A stretch of DNA of 64,000 nt, from positions 1 to 64,000 of the IMG/VR virus record IMGVR_UViG_3300042934_000980. One strand, written 5' to 3'. Within the stretch, counting starts at the first letter, position 1; each line of letters starts with the position of its first letter. Both the position numbers and the translations under genes were made by a program. Below, piece after piece: positions 45,804 to 54,678 of the stretch. The notes beneath the pieces were generated by a model, which did not search any database, was not told the origin of the DNA, and saw only the letters and a list, made by a program, of their open reading frames with translations.

Positions 45804-47317
45804 AGCGGTTTACTCCAGCCGGTTTGTTTGGCCAACTCGTTGAAGTTCTCCTTGATACCAGAGATCTCCAACACCATGTTGGTGTTAGCGGCAGCTTTCT
45901 CGCCAAAGGTACGGGCGTCAGCTTCTGGGATGAACTCGCTGTCAAGCGGGTTACCCAATGCATCGGCGTACGGACTCAGGCCTTCAGCACGGGCTTTGAG
46001 GTTGATCTCTTGCAGCTTTTCCAGATCATCCAACACGCCGTGGTAGTAGTACATCGACGCCCGGCCGTGCCAGTCGATCAGGTTGGTAGCCTGCTGATGC
46101 ACGACCATGAGGCTTTGCGAGACGCTGAAGCAGAACTGGCTGAAGTTACGCGTGGCCACAGTCGCGTCCTGGTAAGCTTGCAGCAGGGCCGGGAAGCTGT
46201 GGTGCGCCGCAATCTCTTGCACCTTGGTGGCATCGTCTTTATCAGCGATCCCGCCAATGGCTTTCCAGTTCACCCCCGACAGGTCCATCTCGTGGGGGGC
46301 AATGGAGACATAACGGGCGTTGAGGTATTGGATCGTGCGCAAGATCTCTGCGACGTTGTTTTTACCCAGCTTAACCCGTTCGGCGGCAACCTGTTCCTGG
46401 ATCTTGGTTTTAACCGCGTTGAATCCGTTCAACAGTTCGTCACTGCTGAAGTTGATCTTGTACAGCGCTTCGTAGAGCTTACCTACGTCGGCTGCCAAAC
46501 CATCCGGGTCCAAACACGCTTCTACTTCCAAGCACGCCTTGGTCAAGCGGTTCAGCTCAGGGGCGTCCTTGGCCGGCACTTGCAGGTCAGGCCGAGTGGA
46601 ACGCAGGCGCGTGCGCTTGTGCTCTTCGGTGATCACCTGCTTGAGCCGCTTGGACGCTTGCACCACCTTGTCGGATGAGTTCTTAAGCTTGGCAATGCAC
46701 TGTTGGATCAACGGCAATGCATCGGCCAGACCTTGGATGGCTTCCTGGTCGCTTTCCACCTTGCTCTTCATGATCAAGACCTGACCCATACGGTCAGTGC
46801 CGGCAGGCAGGTTGCCGATGTAGTTTTCCAGGTTGTAATCAGCCGCTGGGAAACCAAGACCGGACATGGTCTTTTCAAACTCTTTCTTAACGCCGCCGAG
46901 CTTGTCGTTGATAGCCGAGTTGATGCGCTCAGATTTGCGCATACCCAAGATCCGGGCCACCGTGTCCACCACCCAGTTGATCGCCATGCGAATGTACTTG
47001 ATGATGTTTTCGATGAACGTCTTAAAGCCTTCTTTCAGGGTGTGAAAGAAACCTTCTTGACCGGCGCGGGCGTTACGCTCGGACGGGAACGGGTCGTAGT
47101 TACGCGCCCCCGGCAGATTCAGCTGGATGGCAATGCGCTTGGACAGCTTACCCAGGTTAAGCTCTTCGGAGCCTGTGACCATGAGCGTGGCAACGTCCTG
47201 CTGAGTCTCTTTGTAGTACTCAGTCAGGTCGATGCGCTGCTTGTCGTCACCCGGGACAAAGCTGTCAACCGTGTGCCCTGAGGCGAGCTGGGTGTAGGAA
47301 TCGAGGATGTCATTCAT
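45800..47317 (-). CDS. Internal head protein (phiKZ gp86-like position)
   Basis: AGQE|GFFHTLKEGFKTFIENIIKYIRMAINWV. Confidence 0.6.
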   Translation of the reverse strand: MNDILDSYTQLASGHTVDSFVPGDDKQRIDLTEYYKETQQDVATLMVTGSEELNLGKLSKRIAIQLNLPGARNYDPFPSERNARAGQEGFFHTLKEGFKTFIENIIKYIRMAINWVVDTVARILGMRKSERINSAINDKLGGVKKEFEKTMSGLGFPAADYNLENYIGNLPAGTDRMGQVLIMKSKVESDQEAIQGLADALPLIQQCIAKLKNSSDKVVQASKRLKQVITEEHKRTRLRSTRPDLQVPAKDAPELNRLTKACLEVEACLDPDGLAADVGKLYEALYKINFSSDELLNGFNAVKTKIQEQVAAERVKLGKNNVAEILRTIQYLNARYVSIAPHEMDLSGVNWKAIGGIADKDDATKVQEIAAHHSFPALLQAYQDATVATRNFSQFCFSVSQSLMVVHQQATNLIDWHGRASMYYYHGVLDDLEKLQEINLKARAEGLSPYADALGNPLDSEFIPEADARTFGEKAAANTNMVLEISGIKENFNELAKQTGWSKPL

Positions 47318-47726
47318 GGCCGCCCACCAGTTCTTTAACTAGGTAACCCACCAGCGTGTCGAACATTTCGTCTTGGAAAGCACCGTTATCAACTTCATCA
47401 CGGGTGCTGTCCGGGGCAAAGGCACGGGGGGCAGGAGGACGACCGGTTTCCATCAGCTGCTTGCGCAGGGTGTTGAGACGGTACTTGACCGTTTCGAAGA
47501 TCATTGCCCCTTTGATGGGGCTGACCTTGTTCCAGCGGTCCAGTTGCTCCCAGACGTGTTCTTCTTCATCGTCGCTCAAGCTCAAGGTGGAGCTGTGGCG
47601 GAAGTGTGCACGCAGGATGGCGTTGATGTACGGTTCCTGGGCAAAGTTGTTCAGCTCTTCGGGGCAAGTGATCCCCAGATTCAGCAGGTGTTTGCGGTAA
47701 TCGAGTACGTGAGGCAAATGCGACAT
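47310..47726 (-). CDS. Small head-cluster protein
   Basis: 138 aa with an AAGGA RBS. Confidence 0.55.
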   Translation of the reverse strand: MSHLPHVLDYRKHLLNLGITCPEELNNFAQEPYINAILRAHFRHSSTLSLSDDEEEHVWEQLDRWNKVSPIKGAMIFETVKYRLNTLRKQLMETGRPPAPRAFAPDSTRDEVDNGAFQDEMFDTLVGYLVKELVGGHE

Positions 47727-47752
47727 GATAGTTTCCTTGGCGAGGGAGTGGT

Positions 47753-49186
47753 TTAGGCTTCGAAGGTTTTGACGTCGTCTTCAGGGCCGGTGTAGGTGGT
47801 GTCCTGGCGACGTGCGGTCAGCGCGGACAGTTTGGATGACAGCAGGTACAGCTCATGGTTGGCCATCACCTGCGTGTAGTGTTCAACTTCGGAGAGCTTA
47901 AAGTCCCCGCCGCTGTACACCCAGCCCATCATGCGGTAGATGACGGTGTTGTCATACCAAGGCTTGAGGGCTTTGTTGATGGTCAGCAGGTTTTCGATTT
48001 CCTTGATCAACTGGCTGCGCGCTTGGCTGTTGAGGTTCTTGTCCTCTTTGAGCTTGGCAATCAGTTGACGCAGGGCGTCGTCAAACCGGCGGTGGTCGGC
48101 GTTGTAGATCCCCGAGTACCCGCGTGAGAAGTAGTCCATCACAAAGATGGTGGTGAACATCACCCCGCTTAGGAAGATAAACGGCCCCAGGCCGCCGGCC
48201 ACGGTAATGGTGGTGACGAAGATCGGCAGCAGCAACAGTTCGGTCAGCACCGTCAGCAATGCAGCGGTCATCAGACTGGTGGTGACTGCGGTGATCAACC
48301 CGACGTCCACCAAAGTGCCGATGGCAGCAACAATGCCTTTATGGCACCCCATGCGGATGGCGTACATGTCAGCCACCACTTCGGAGGACATGCGTTCCAC
48401 CCCCACCGACAAACTGCGACGGGTATTGCGCTGCGCCACCAGTTTGTTGAAGTACAGGATAAAGGCTTCGTCTTTGGCGTCTTTGGCGATGGCTTCAAGC
48501 TCTGCTTGTTTGGCCGGGGTTTCTTCCAGCACCGCCGCTGTTTCACGCAGCACCACCACCCGGTCCTCAGCACGCTCAGCGCTGCGGTAGTAATGCAAGG
48601 CAGCCTTTGCCGCCAAGTTGTCGCTGGCTTGGGTGTGCATCATCATGCAGCCCCCAAATACGTGACCCATTTCGTGGGCCAAGGCACCTGCGATCAAACC
48701 AGCCAGAGGTTCACCGAACTTCTGCACCCGGTCATCAGGGAAGGTCACACTGAGGTTGACGTTGATGTACAGCGTCACCGGTACGGTCTTAAAACTACCT
48801 TTTACTTTACCGGTGGAGTAATCAATATCCCCCTTGAAGACTTTTGACTTGTTATCGCGGAACCAGCGATACAGGGTGGACTTGGTGACGTTGAGGTATT
48901 CGTCAATCCCCTCGTTGTTGAGCACGTGACGCGGGGAGAAGAATCCGGTGTCGACCGCCAGGTTACCGTACTGCTCGAAACGGATCGTGATGTTTTCGAA
49001 ACCACAGTACTCTTCTATGGCTTCCAAGATGTCCTTTCTGGAGTTAGAGCTTAAGACCGGTTTGCCTGTCTCCAGAGAAATGTGTTTTTCAAGCTTTGCG
49101 GTGAGGGTGTCGTAGAAACGGGTCGTTTGAAAATCAATAAACTCGTTCCCACCCACCAGCTTGGGTAGGAAAGCCATAGAAATCAT
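47753..49186 (-). CDS. Virion-associated HExxH zinc metalloprotease-like membrane protein (phiKZ gp84-like)
   Basis: ALAHEMGH plus SEVVADMYAIRMG; long hydrophobic hairpin; N-terminal GGNE site. Confidence 0.65.
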   Translation of the reverse strand: MISMAFLPKLVGGNEFIDFQTTRFYDTLTAKLEKHISLETGKPVLSSNSRKDILEAIEEYCGFENITIRFEQYGNLAVDTGFFSPRHVLNNEGIDEYLNVTKSTLYRWFRDNKSKVFKGDIDYSTGKVKGSFKTVPVTLYINVNLSVTFPDDRVQKFGEPLAGLIAGALAHEMGHVFGGCMMMHTQASDNLAAKAALHYYRSAERAEDRVVVLRETAAVLEETPAKQAELEAIAKDAKDEAFILYFNKLVAQRNTRRSLSVGVERMSSEVVADMYAIRMGCHKGIVAAIGTLVDVGLITAVTTSLMTAALLTVLTELLLLPIFVTTITVAGGLGPFIFLSGVMFTTIFVMDYFSRGYSGIYNADHRRFDDALRQLIAKLKEDKNLNSQARSQLIKEIENLLTINKALKPWYDNTVIYRMMGWVYSGGDFKLSEVEHYTQVMANHELYLLSSKLSALTARRQDTTYTGPEDDVKTFEA

Positions 49187-49264
49187 GCGAGTTGCTCCAG
49201 GTGAATTGAGACAAGGACCCTATTAATATAGTGTCAAAAGCAGGCATAAAATGCAGGGTATCCA

Positions 49265-51094
49265 ATGAACCAACCTAATTCCCCGATAATCGCGAAAGTC
49301 TGCAAATCCGCAGCTCAGTCGATTAACCGTTTTGACAAAAGTAAAGATTTGCTGTGTGCCAAGATTACCAACATCCACGAGGACGGCACACGCTCCAATA
49401 GCTTTGTAGCGCTGGAAAATTACAAGCAACCGTTTTGGATTGTCAAAGAAGACAAACGCAAGTTCAAGCAACATAAAGATTACATTGAAGAGACTGCGTG
49501 CAAGGAATATCGCGCCCCACGGTGTCAACTGGGTTACGCGGTCAGCAAGTACCTGTATGGCAGCCCGGACCGCAGTTACAGCGTGCGTCAGGCCAGTGAC
49601 AACTGCTTTGTGTTTGGGTTGGACCAGACCCCACCGGTGCACTTTAAACGCAAGTTCTTTGAACGGTACGGCGACCATCAGGAAACCGAAGCGTACACCA
49701 TGGCCAGCTACGACGTTGAAACGGACATGTTCAAACCGAACAACCCGGTCATGATGGCGTCGGTGACCTTTAAAGGCAAAGCGTTCTTTGCAGGTGTGCG
49801 CGGCTGGTTTAAGGAAAAGCACAAAGACCGCAAACGCGACCTCACCGATGAGATGATTCTTAACAACCTTAAGGAAGCTGAAGACAAGCACCTTAAGTCG
49901 CACTTGGAGCGCCGTAAGTGTGAGGTGGAGTACCTGTTGGTGGATACTCCGGGTCAGGTGGTTGCAGCCTGCATCCAAAAGATGCACGAGTGGGAGCCCG
50001 ATTGGGTGACTGCGTGGAACGCCCTCTACGACATGACCAAAAACGAAGAAGCCTTGATGGCCGAAGGGTATGACTTGGCGGACGTGTATTCCGACCCACG
50101 CATCCCTTACGAGTACAAGTCGTACAAGTTGCACCCAGGGCGTACGCACAAGGTAAAGGAAGACGGCACCAAGACTCCTTTGGAATGGCAAGAGAAGTTC
50201 CCCACGGTGCGCACCATGGCGTCTTGGCAGTTTGCTGATGCCGGGTCTTTCTACGCCATCAAGCGTCAACCGGTGGTGGGTAAGCTTGAGTCCTACGCGC
50301 TGCAGGCGATTGCAGACCGTGAGAAGGTCCCAGGTAAGCTGTACACCGAAGAAGGCCGAGACCATGACTTGGGCTCTCCTCAGTGGCACCGCTACATGCA
50401 GGAGAACTGGCCGTACATCTACGCCATGTACAACATCTGCGATAACTTTGTCATTGAAGAGATCAACGAGAACACCAACGACTTCTCGCTCTCGCTCCCA
50501 ATGCTGCTGAAGTACTCGGAATACTTCAACTACGTCTCTCAGCCAAAACTGATCTCCGACACCTTGTCATTCATGGCGCGTGAACGCGGTTATGTGTGGG
50601 GCTCGACGCCGGGCAACCGGGACAAGAGCTTCAGTGAGAAGCTGCCGACACTGGGTGACTGGATTGCGTTGCTGGACACTGAGAAGAACGCCTCGTTTGG
50701 TAAGGCGCTCTTTGCAGGCCTTGACGACGTGTTCAGTAACGGGCGCACCGACACCTCAGACATTGACGTGGAAGGCGCGTACCCGCACGTAACGCTTGCA
50801 CTGAACGCCAGTAACCGAACCACCATGATGGAGGCTTACCAGATCCAAGGGGCTGACCCCATGAAGTTCCGCGAGATTGGGGTGAACTACGCCAGCAGCA
50901 CTGAAGCCAATGCGTTTGGTCTGTGTCATGATCTGTTCCGTTTCCCGCAGCCGGACAAACTCAAAGAGGTGTTTGAGGACCGCATGAACCAACTGGGTCT
51001 TATTGACGAGTTGGCCATGCTTAAGAAGAACCTGGAAGCCAAGCGACAAATCGCCACAGAAGAAGACCTTACTGAAATCCTAGAAGTGGCATAA
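49265..51094 (+). CDS. Split family-B DNA polymerase, exonuclease-containing subunit (phiKZ gp82-like)
   Basis: ExoI SYDVETD, ExoII AWNALYD, ExoIII YNICD, then motif-A-like DIDVEGAYP near the C-terminus. Confidence 0.8.
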   Translation: MNQPNSPIIAKVCKSAAQSINRFDKSKDLLCAKITNIHEDGTRSNSFVALENYKQPFWIVKEDKRKFKQHKDYIEETACKEYRAPRCQLGYAVSKYLYGSPDRSYSVRQASDNCFVFGLDQTPPVHFKRKFFERYGDHQETEAYTMASYDVETDMFKPNNPVMMASVTFKGKAFFAGVRGWFKEKHKDRKRDLTDEMILNNLKEAEDKHLKSHLERRKCEVEYLLVDTPGQVVAACIQKMHEWEPDWVTAWNALYDMTKNEEALMAEGYDLADVYSDPRIPYEYKSYKLHPGRTHKVKEDGTKTPLEWQEKFPTVRTMASWQFADAGSFYAIKRQPVVGKLESYALQAIADREKVPGKLYTEEGRDHDLGSPQWHRYMQENWPYIYAMYNICDNFVIEEINENTNDFSLSLPMLLKYSEYFNYVSQPKLISDTLSFMARERGYVWGSTPGNRDKSFSEKLPTLGDWIALLDTEKNASFGKALFAGLDDVFSNGRTDTSDIDVEGAYPHVTLALNASNRTTMMEAYQIQGADPMKFREIGVNYASSTEANAFGLCHDLFRFPQPDKLKEVFEDRMNQLGLIDELAMLKKNLEAKRQIATEEDLTEILEVA

Positions 51095-51103
51095 AGCAAA
51101 CAT

Positions 51104-51139
51104 ACCCCTACCCCCGACCGTAAGGCTGGGGGTAGGGGT
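51104..51139. terminator. Bidirectional hairpin, CCCTAC family
   Basis: 12-bp stem ACCCCTACCCCC/GGGGGTAGGGGT. Confidence 0.8.
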
Positions 51140-51160
51140 TATTCACGCCAGGGGATGCAC

Positions 51161-52267
51161 TTACTTCTTGCCGCCCGCTTCGTGGACGAAGAACATCTTG
51201 TTGATCGCGTTGGAGTATTCCTTTTCCGCTTCGATCGACTTCTTGATGTACGTCGCAACCGCAGCGCTGACCGACATGATACCGCGCAGGTACTGCAGTT
51301 CTTTGGTGTGCTTGTCGTGGCCGTCAGAACCAGGCTTGGTACTGCCCAACTGTTTTTCGACGTCGGACATGGCGCCTTTGATCTTGCCGGTGTAAGCGTT
51401 GCACTCACGAATCAGCTGCCCCAGCGCCTCGATCGATGCAGTGATCTCGGTCTGAATATGCTTACCGTCGTCAAGGGTTTTGATTTCACCGGACAAGGCC
51501 GAAGTGCTGGCAGATGTCTTGTGGTGTTCCACAAACTTCTTGATCACGCTGAAGAAGCTCTCTGCCAACGTTTTCGCAGCGGCGCTTTCGTCGTTGTGGT
51601 TGACCCCCAGCGAAGAACGCTTGTTGCCTTCCTTCTCGAACCAGGTCAGGAAACTGCTGTTCAGGCGCACAACCTTTTCAGCCGCCGCTTTGACCTTACG
51701 ACCGCCTTTCTCGTTGTAGGTGCCGATCTTGGAATAGATTTCCTTGACGACCTTTTCAGCCGCAGCCTTACGCTCTGCAGGCTCACCTTCTACCAAGCTG
51801 GCCAACCAATCGCGGGTCTTTTGAGGGTCGACGTTGTGCTCGCCGTTTTCAATCGCGTGGGCCATGGTTTTGGCTTTTGCAATGGCTTTGTCAGCACCCT
51901 CGGCATTGACCGAAGCTCCAGCACTTACCAGCGCCTCAGCGTTAGCCTGTACTTCTTGCTTGGCTTCTTTAACCTCTGCAGCCGCATCGCGGTTGAAGAA
52001 GAATTCCCAGACGCTTTTAAACATCTTGACGATGTAATCCCACACCGCCTTGGCGCCTGAAGCGATCGAGCCGAAGAAGCCTTCATTACCAGCACGGTAG
52101 TTGTTGGCACCCAGCACGCCTGCCGCGTAAATCTGGGTGGGGGTCAACACCATGCCTTCAGTACCGGACACGGTATCGTTCAACGCATCAAACATGATCT
52201 CGACATGCGGACTGTCCGGGATGCTGTCATCCAGTTCGTCCGTGGGGTAGGTGTTCAGGGTGTCCAT
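51161..52267 (-). CDS. Internal head protein paralog (tandem copy 2)
   Basis: PHVEIMFDALNDTVSGTEGM...AGNE|GFFGSIASGAKAVWDYIVKMFKSVWEFFFNRD. Confidence 0.65.
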   Translation of the reverse strand: MDTLNTYPTDELDDSIPDSPHVEIMFDALNDTVSGTEGMVLTPTQIYAAGVLGANNYRAGNEGFFGSIASGAKAVWDYIVKMFKSVWEFFFNRDAAAEVKEAKQEVQANAEALVSAGASVNAEGADKAIAKAKTMAHAIENGEHNVDPQKTRDWLASLVEGEPAERKAAAEKVVKEIYSKIGTYNEKGGRKVKAAAEKVVRLNSSFLTWFEKEGNKRSSLGVNHNDESAAAKTLAESFFSVIKKFVEHHKTSASTSALSGEIKTLDDGKHIQTEITASIEALGQLIRECNAYTGKIKGAMSDVEKQLGSTKPGSDGHDKHTKELQYLRGIMSVSAAVATYIKKSIEAEKEYSNAINKMFFVHEAGGKK

Positions 52268-52294
52268 GACGTATTTCCTGAGGTGGGTGCTGGA

Positions 52295-53359
52295 TTACAG
52301 GCCAAAGACCGAGTTGACCGTTTTGCTCAGGACAACCTGGGCCTTCATCGAGCGCTTGAGGTACTGCGCCACGTTGGTGGAGAACGTCAGGATGCCACGC
52401 AGCACAGTCAGATGACCGGAGGTGTGGGTGCCTTTGGCGTCTTCCTTGGCCAAGCTCTCGTAGAACTTGATCTCGTTGTTGAGCGAGCTGGTGTGCGACT
52501 TGACTGTGTCGACCAAAGCCTTGTTCGCCGCGATTTCTGCTTGCACCTGGGCGTGAATGGCTTGAGCCTCAGCTACCGATTTGATCTCGGTATGCTTTTC
52601 AAGATCGGCAACTGTCTTGCTGGCATGACCCAAGTACTTGGCCACATCACCCACGATGGCGTGCACCAGCTTGGTCACGTCCGCATCGATGTTGCCGTTG
52701 ATCTTGGTGTCAGCACCTTGGCACAAGGCGATGAACTTCTTGTTCAAGTCCACCACGTTTTCCACGGTGTGCTTAAGGCTGTACTGGCCTTTCTTGTTGA
52801 CCTTGGGCATTTCATTGACCAAGTTCTTAAGCGCGGCTTTCTTTTCAGCCACGGTGCCGCTTTTCAGGGCTTCTTTACCTTCGGTCATGAACTTGTCGAG
52901 GGCTGCCTGATCGCCAGTGGGAATGTCTTCCAGCTTGGCGGCAGTGGAGCTGACCTTTTTCAAGGCTTCGTTGACAGCTTCTTCAGAACTTGGGCTGACC
53001 ACCGCGTCCTTGAAGTGCTGCTCGGAATCTTTTGCTTCTTTCTTGGCTGCTTCCGCTTGGGCAGCGCCGTCGCGGTTGAAGAAGAAACCCCAGACCGACT
53101 TGAACATCTTGATGATGTAGTCGTAAACAGCTTTGGCGCCAGAGGCAACAGAACCAAAGAAACCTTCGGTACCGGCGACGGACGTAGCGGGGCGGTAACC
53201 GTTGGCCGACAATACACCCGCGGCGTAATGCTGGGCGGGGGTCATCCCTTCAGTCCCGGTTACAGTATCGTTGAGGGCGTCGAACATGATCTCGACGTGG
53301 GGGGCTTCGGGGATGTCAGCGCCGGCATCGTCTTCGTGGGTGATGTCAAGTGGTTCCAT
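52295..53359 (-). CDS. Internal head protein paralog (tandem copy 1)
   Basis: PHVEIMFDALNDTVTGTEGM...AGTE|GFFGSVASGAKAVYDYIIKMFKSVWGFFFNRD. Confidence 0.65.
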   Translation of the reverse strand: MEPLDITHEDDAGADIPEAPHVEIMFDALNDTVTGTEGMTPAQHYAAGVLSANGYRPATSVAGTEGFFGSVASGAKAVYDYIIKMFKSVWGFFFNRDGAAQAEAAKKEAKDSEQHFKDAVVSPSSEEAVNEALKKVSSTAAKLEDIPTGDQAALDKFMTEGKEALKSGTVAEKKAALKNLVNEMPKVNKKGQYSLKHTVENVVDLNKKFIALCQGADTKINGNIDADVTKLVHAIVGDVAKYLGHASKTVADLEKHTEIKSVAEAQAIHAQVQAEIAANKALVDTVKSHTSSLNNEIKFYESLAKEDAKGTHTSGHLTVLRGILTFSTNVAQYLKRSMKAQVVLSKTVNSVFGL

Positions 53360-53401
53360 GATAGGTCCTATGGAGTGGTGAGTAAAGGGTGAAACCAGCG
53401 C

Positions 53402-54061
53402 TTACGCGCTGGCTACCTTGCGGAAGTATTGCGTGACGTTTTCTTTGCCTTTGCGCGGCATCGGAGCAATCACAGAACTGATGTCCATCAGCTTGCCCAG
53501 CTTGAAGCGAACCTTCCAGTTCTGAGCAATCTTGGTGAGCATCTCGATGTAAGCCTGGTAGTTCTTGATGTACTCGGACGGGTAGTCCTTGCTCAGGCCT
53601 GCGGCGAAGCGGAAGGCCATGCCATCGGAGAACACCTGCGGGTTTTCGCGGATCACGTTCAGGAAGTAGTCGGTGATCACGACGTACTGTTCAAAATCGA
53701 GCTTGAGCATGTTGCCCACGGTCTCGATGAAGTTGACCTGTTCTTGGGCGGCTTGTTCGACGCTTTCGAAGCTGGCTTCGCCGCGCAGGTACTTGACGTG
53801 GTTTTCGATGCGCTGTTGCATGATGTCGCTGACCACGTTGCCTTTGGCGTTCAGCATCTTGCTCACCGAGATCACCGCAGGGGTTTCGGCCAGGGTCGGT
53901 TCCTTGGCGGTGTCCTGGGTCTTGGTCTCGGTGTCTTTGCTCGCCGAAGACTCGGAAGTTTTGGCGGTGGATTTGGCGGCTTGTTCCAAGGCCTGGTCGG
54001 CCTTTTCAGCAGCTTTACCCGTGTTCGAAGTTTCTGGCGGGGTGTACTCGGAATTGCTCAT
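53402..54061 (-). CDS. Conserved hypothetical protein, disordered N-terminus
   Basis: 219 aa with strong codon bias. Confidence 0.6.
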   Translation of the reverse strand: MSNSEYTPPETSNTGKAAEKADQALEQAAKSTAKTSESSASKDTETKTQDTAKEPTLAETPAVISVSKMLNAKGNVVSDIMQQRIENHVKYLRGEASFESVEQAAQEQVNFIETVGNMLKLDFEQYVVITDYFLNVIRENPQVFSDGMAFRFAAGLSKDYPSEYIKNYQAYIEMLTKIAQNWKVRFKLGKLMDISSVIAPMPRKGKENVTQYFRKVASA

Positions 54062-54118
54062 GGAAAGGCCCTTTGAAGAGGAGTGGGTGGGGCGAAAATA
54101 GGGGACGCATCTTCATAA

Positions 54119-54150
54119 GATATCCCCAGGGAATGACCCCCGGGGATATC
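54119..54150 (-). terminator. Hairpin
   Basis: Stem GATATCCCC/GGGGATATC followed on the minus strand by TTATG. Confidence 0.65.
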
Positions 54151-54168
54151 CATTTAGGAAGGTTGGTG

Positions 54169-54678
54169 TTACAGAAGTCCCTCTTTCTTAAGCAGTTGCT
54201 CTACCTCACGTTGCTCTTTGGTGGGCTGACCGCCTTCGGGTTGACGTTCAGCTTCTTGCCTCGCCCGCCGATCACTGCCGGTCACGATCCCCTCAATCAA
54301 ATCCTCCACAAAGTAGGCCGGCAGGTTCAGGTACTCCTGCAAAGGAATGATGTCCTTAAGCCTGGCGTACCCGTACTGCTGACCGATGTGTTTAATGGAC
54401 CAAGGATGGGTGAACTTGTTCTCCTCCTCGATAAACCGCACCGAGCTGTGAGGGGTCATGGTGGCAGGGGTCAGATACCCCATGTTGAAGTCGTGCAGGA
54501 ACTGCTGGTCAAACTCTTGCTTTTCCAAAGTGCCTTGCAAGGGTTTGCCCAACAGGTTCTGGGTAACTGCACGGTGGGTGTCGGAGTAAACCCGTTGGGG
54601 TTTTATTCCGAGATGGCTTCTTGCCGGGCCGCTTGCGCTTCCGAGGCTTGGGCCATCATCTTCAACTGGGTGAGGGTA
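54169..54678 (-). CDS. -1 frame extension (gpT-like) of 54603..56327; no convincing independent start
   Basis: The frame is open from 54747 to the stop at 54169, across the upstream stop codon. The first candidate start is a TTG (54552) without an RBS. Confidence 0.6.
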   Translation of the reverse strand, partial: YPHPVEDDGPSLGSASGPARSHLGIKPQRVYSDTHRAVTQNLLGKPLQGTLEKQEFDQQFLHDFNMGYLTPATMTPHSSVRFIEEENKFTHPWSIKHIGQQYGYARLKDIIPLQEYLNLPAYFVEDLIEGIVTGSDRRARQEAERQPEGGQPTKEQREVEQLLKKEGLL

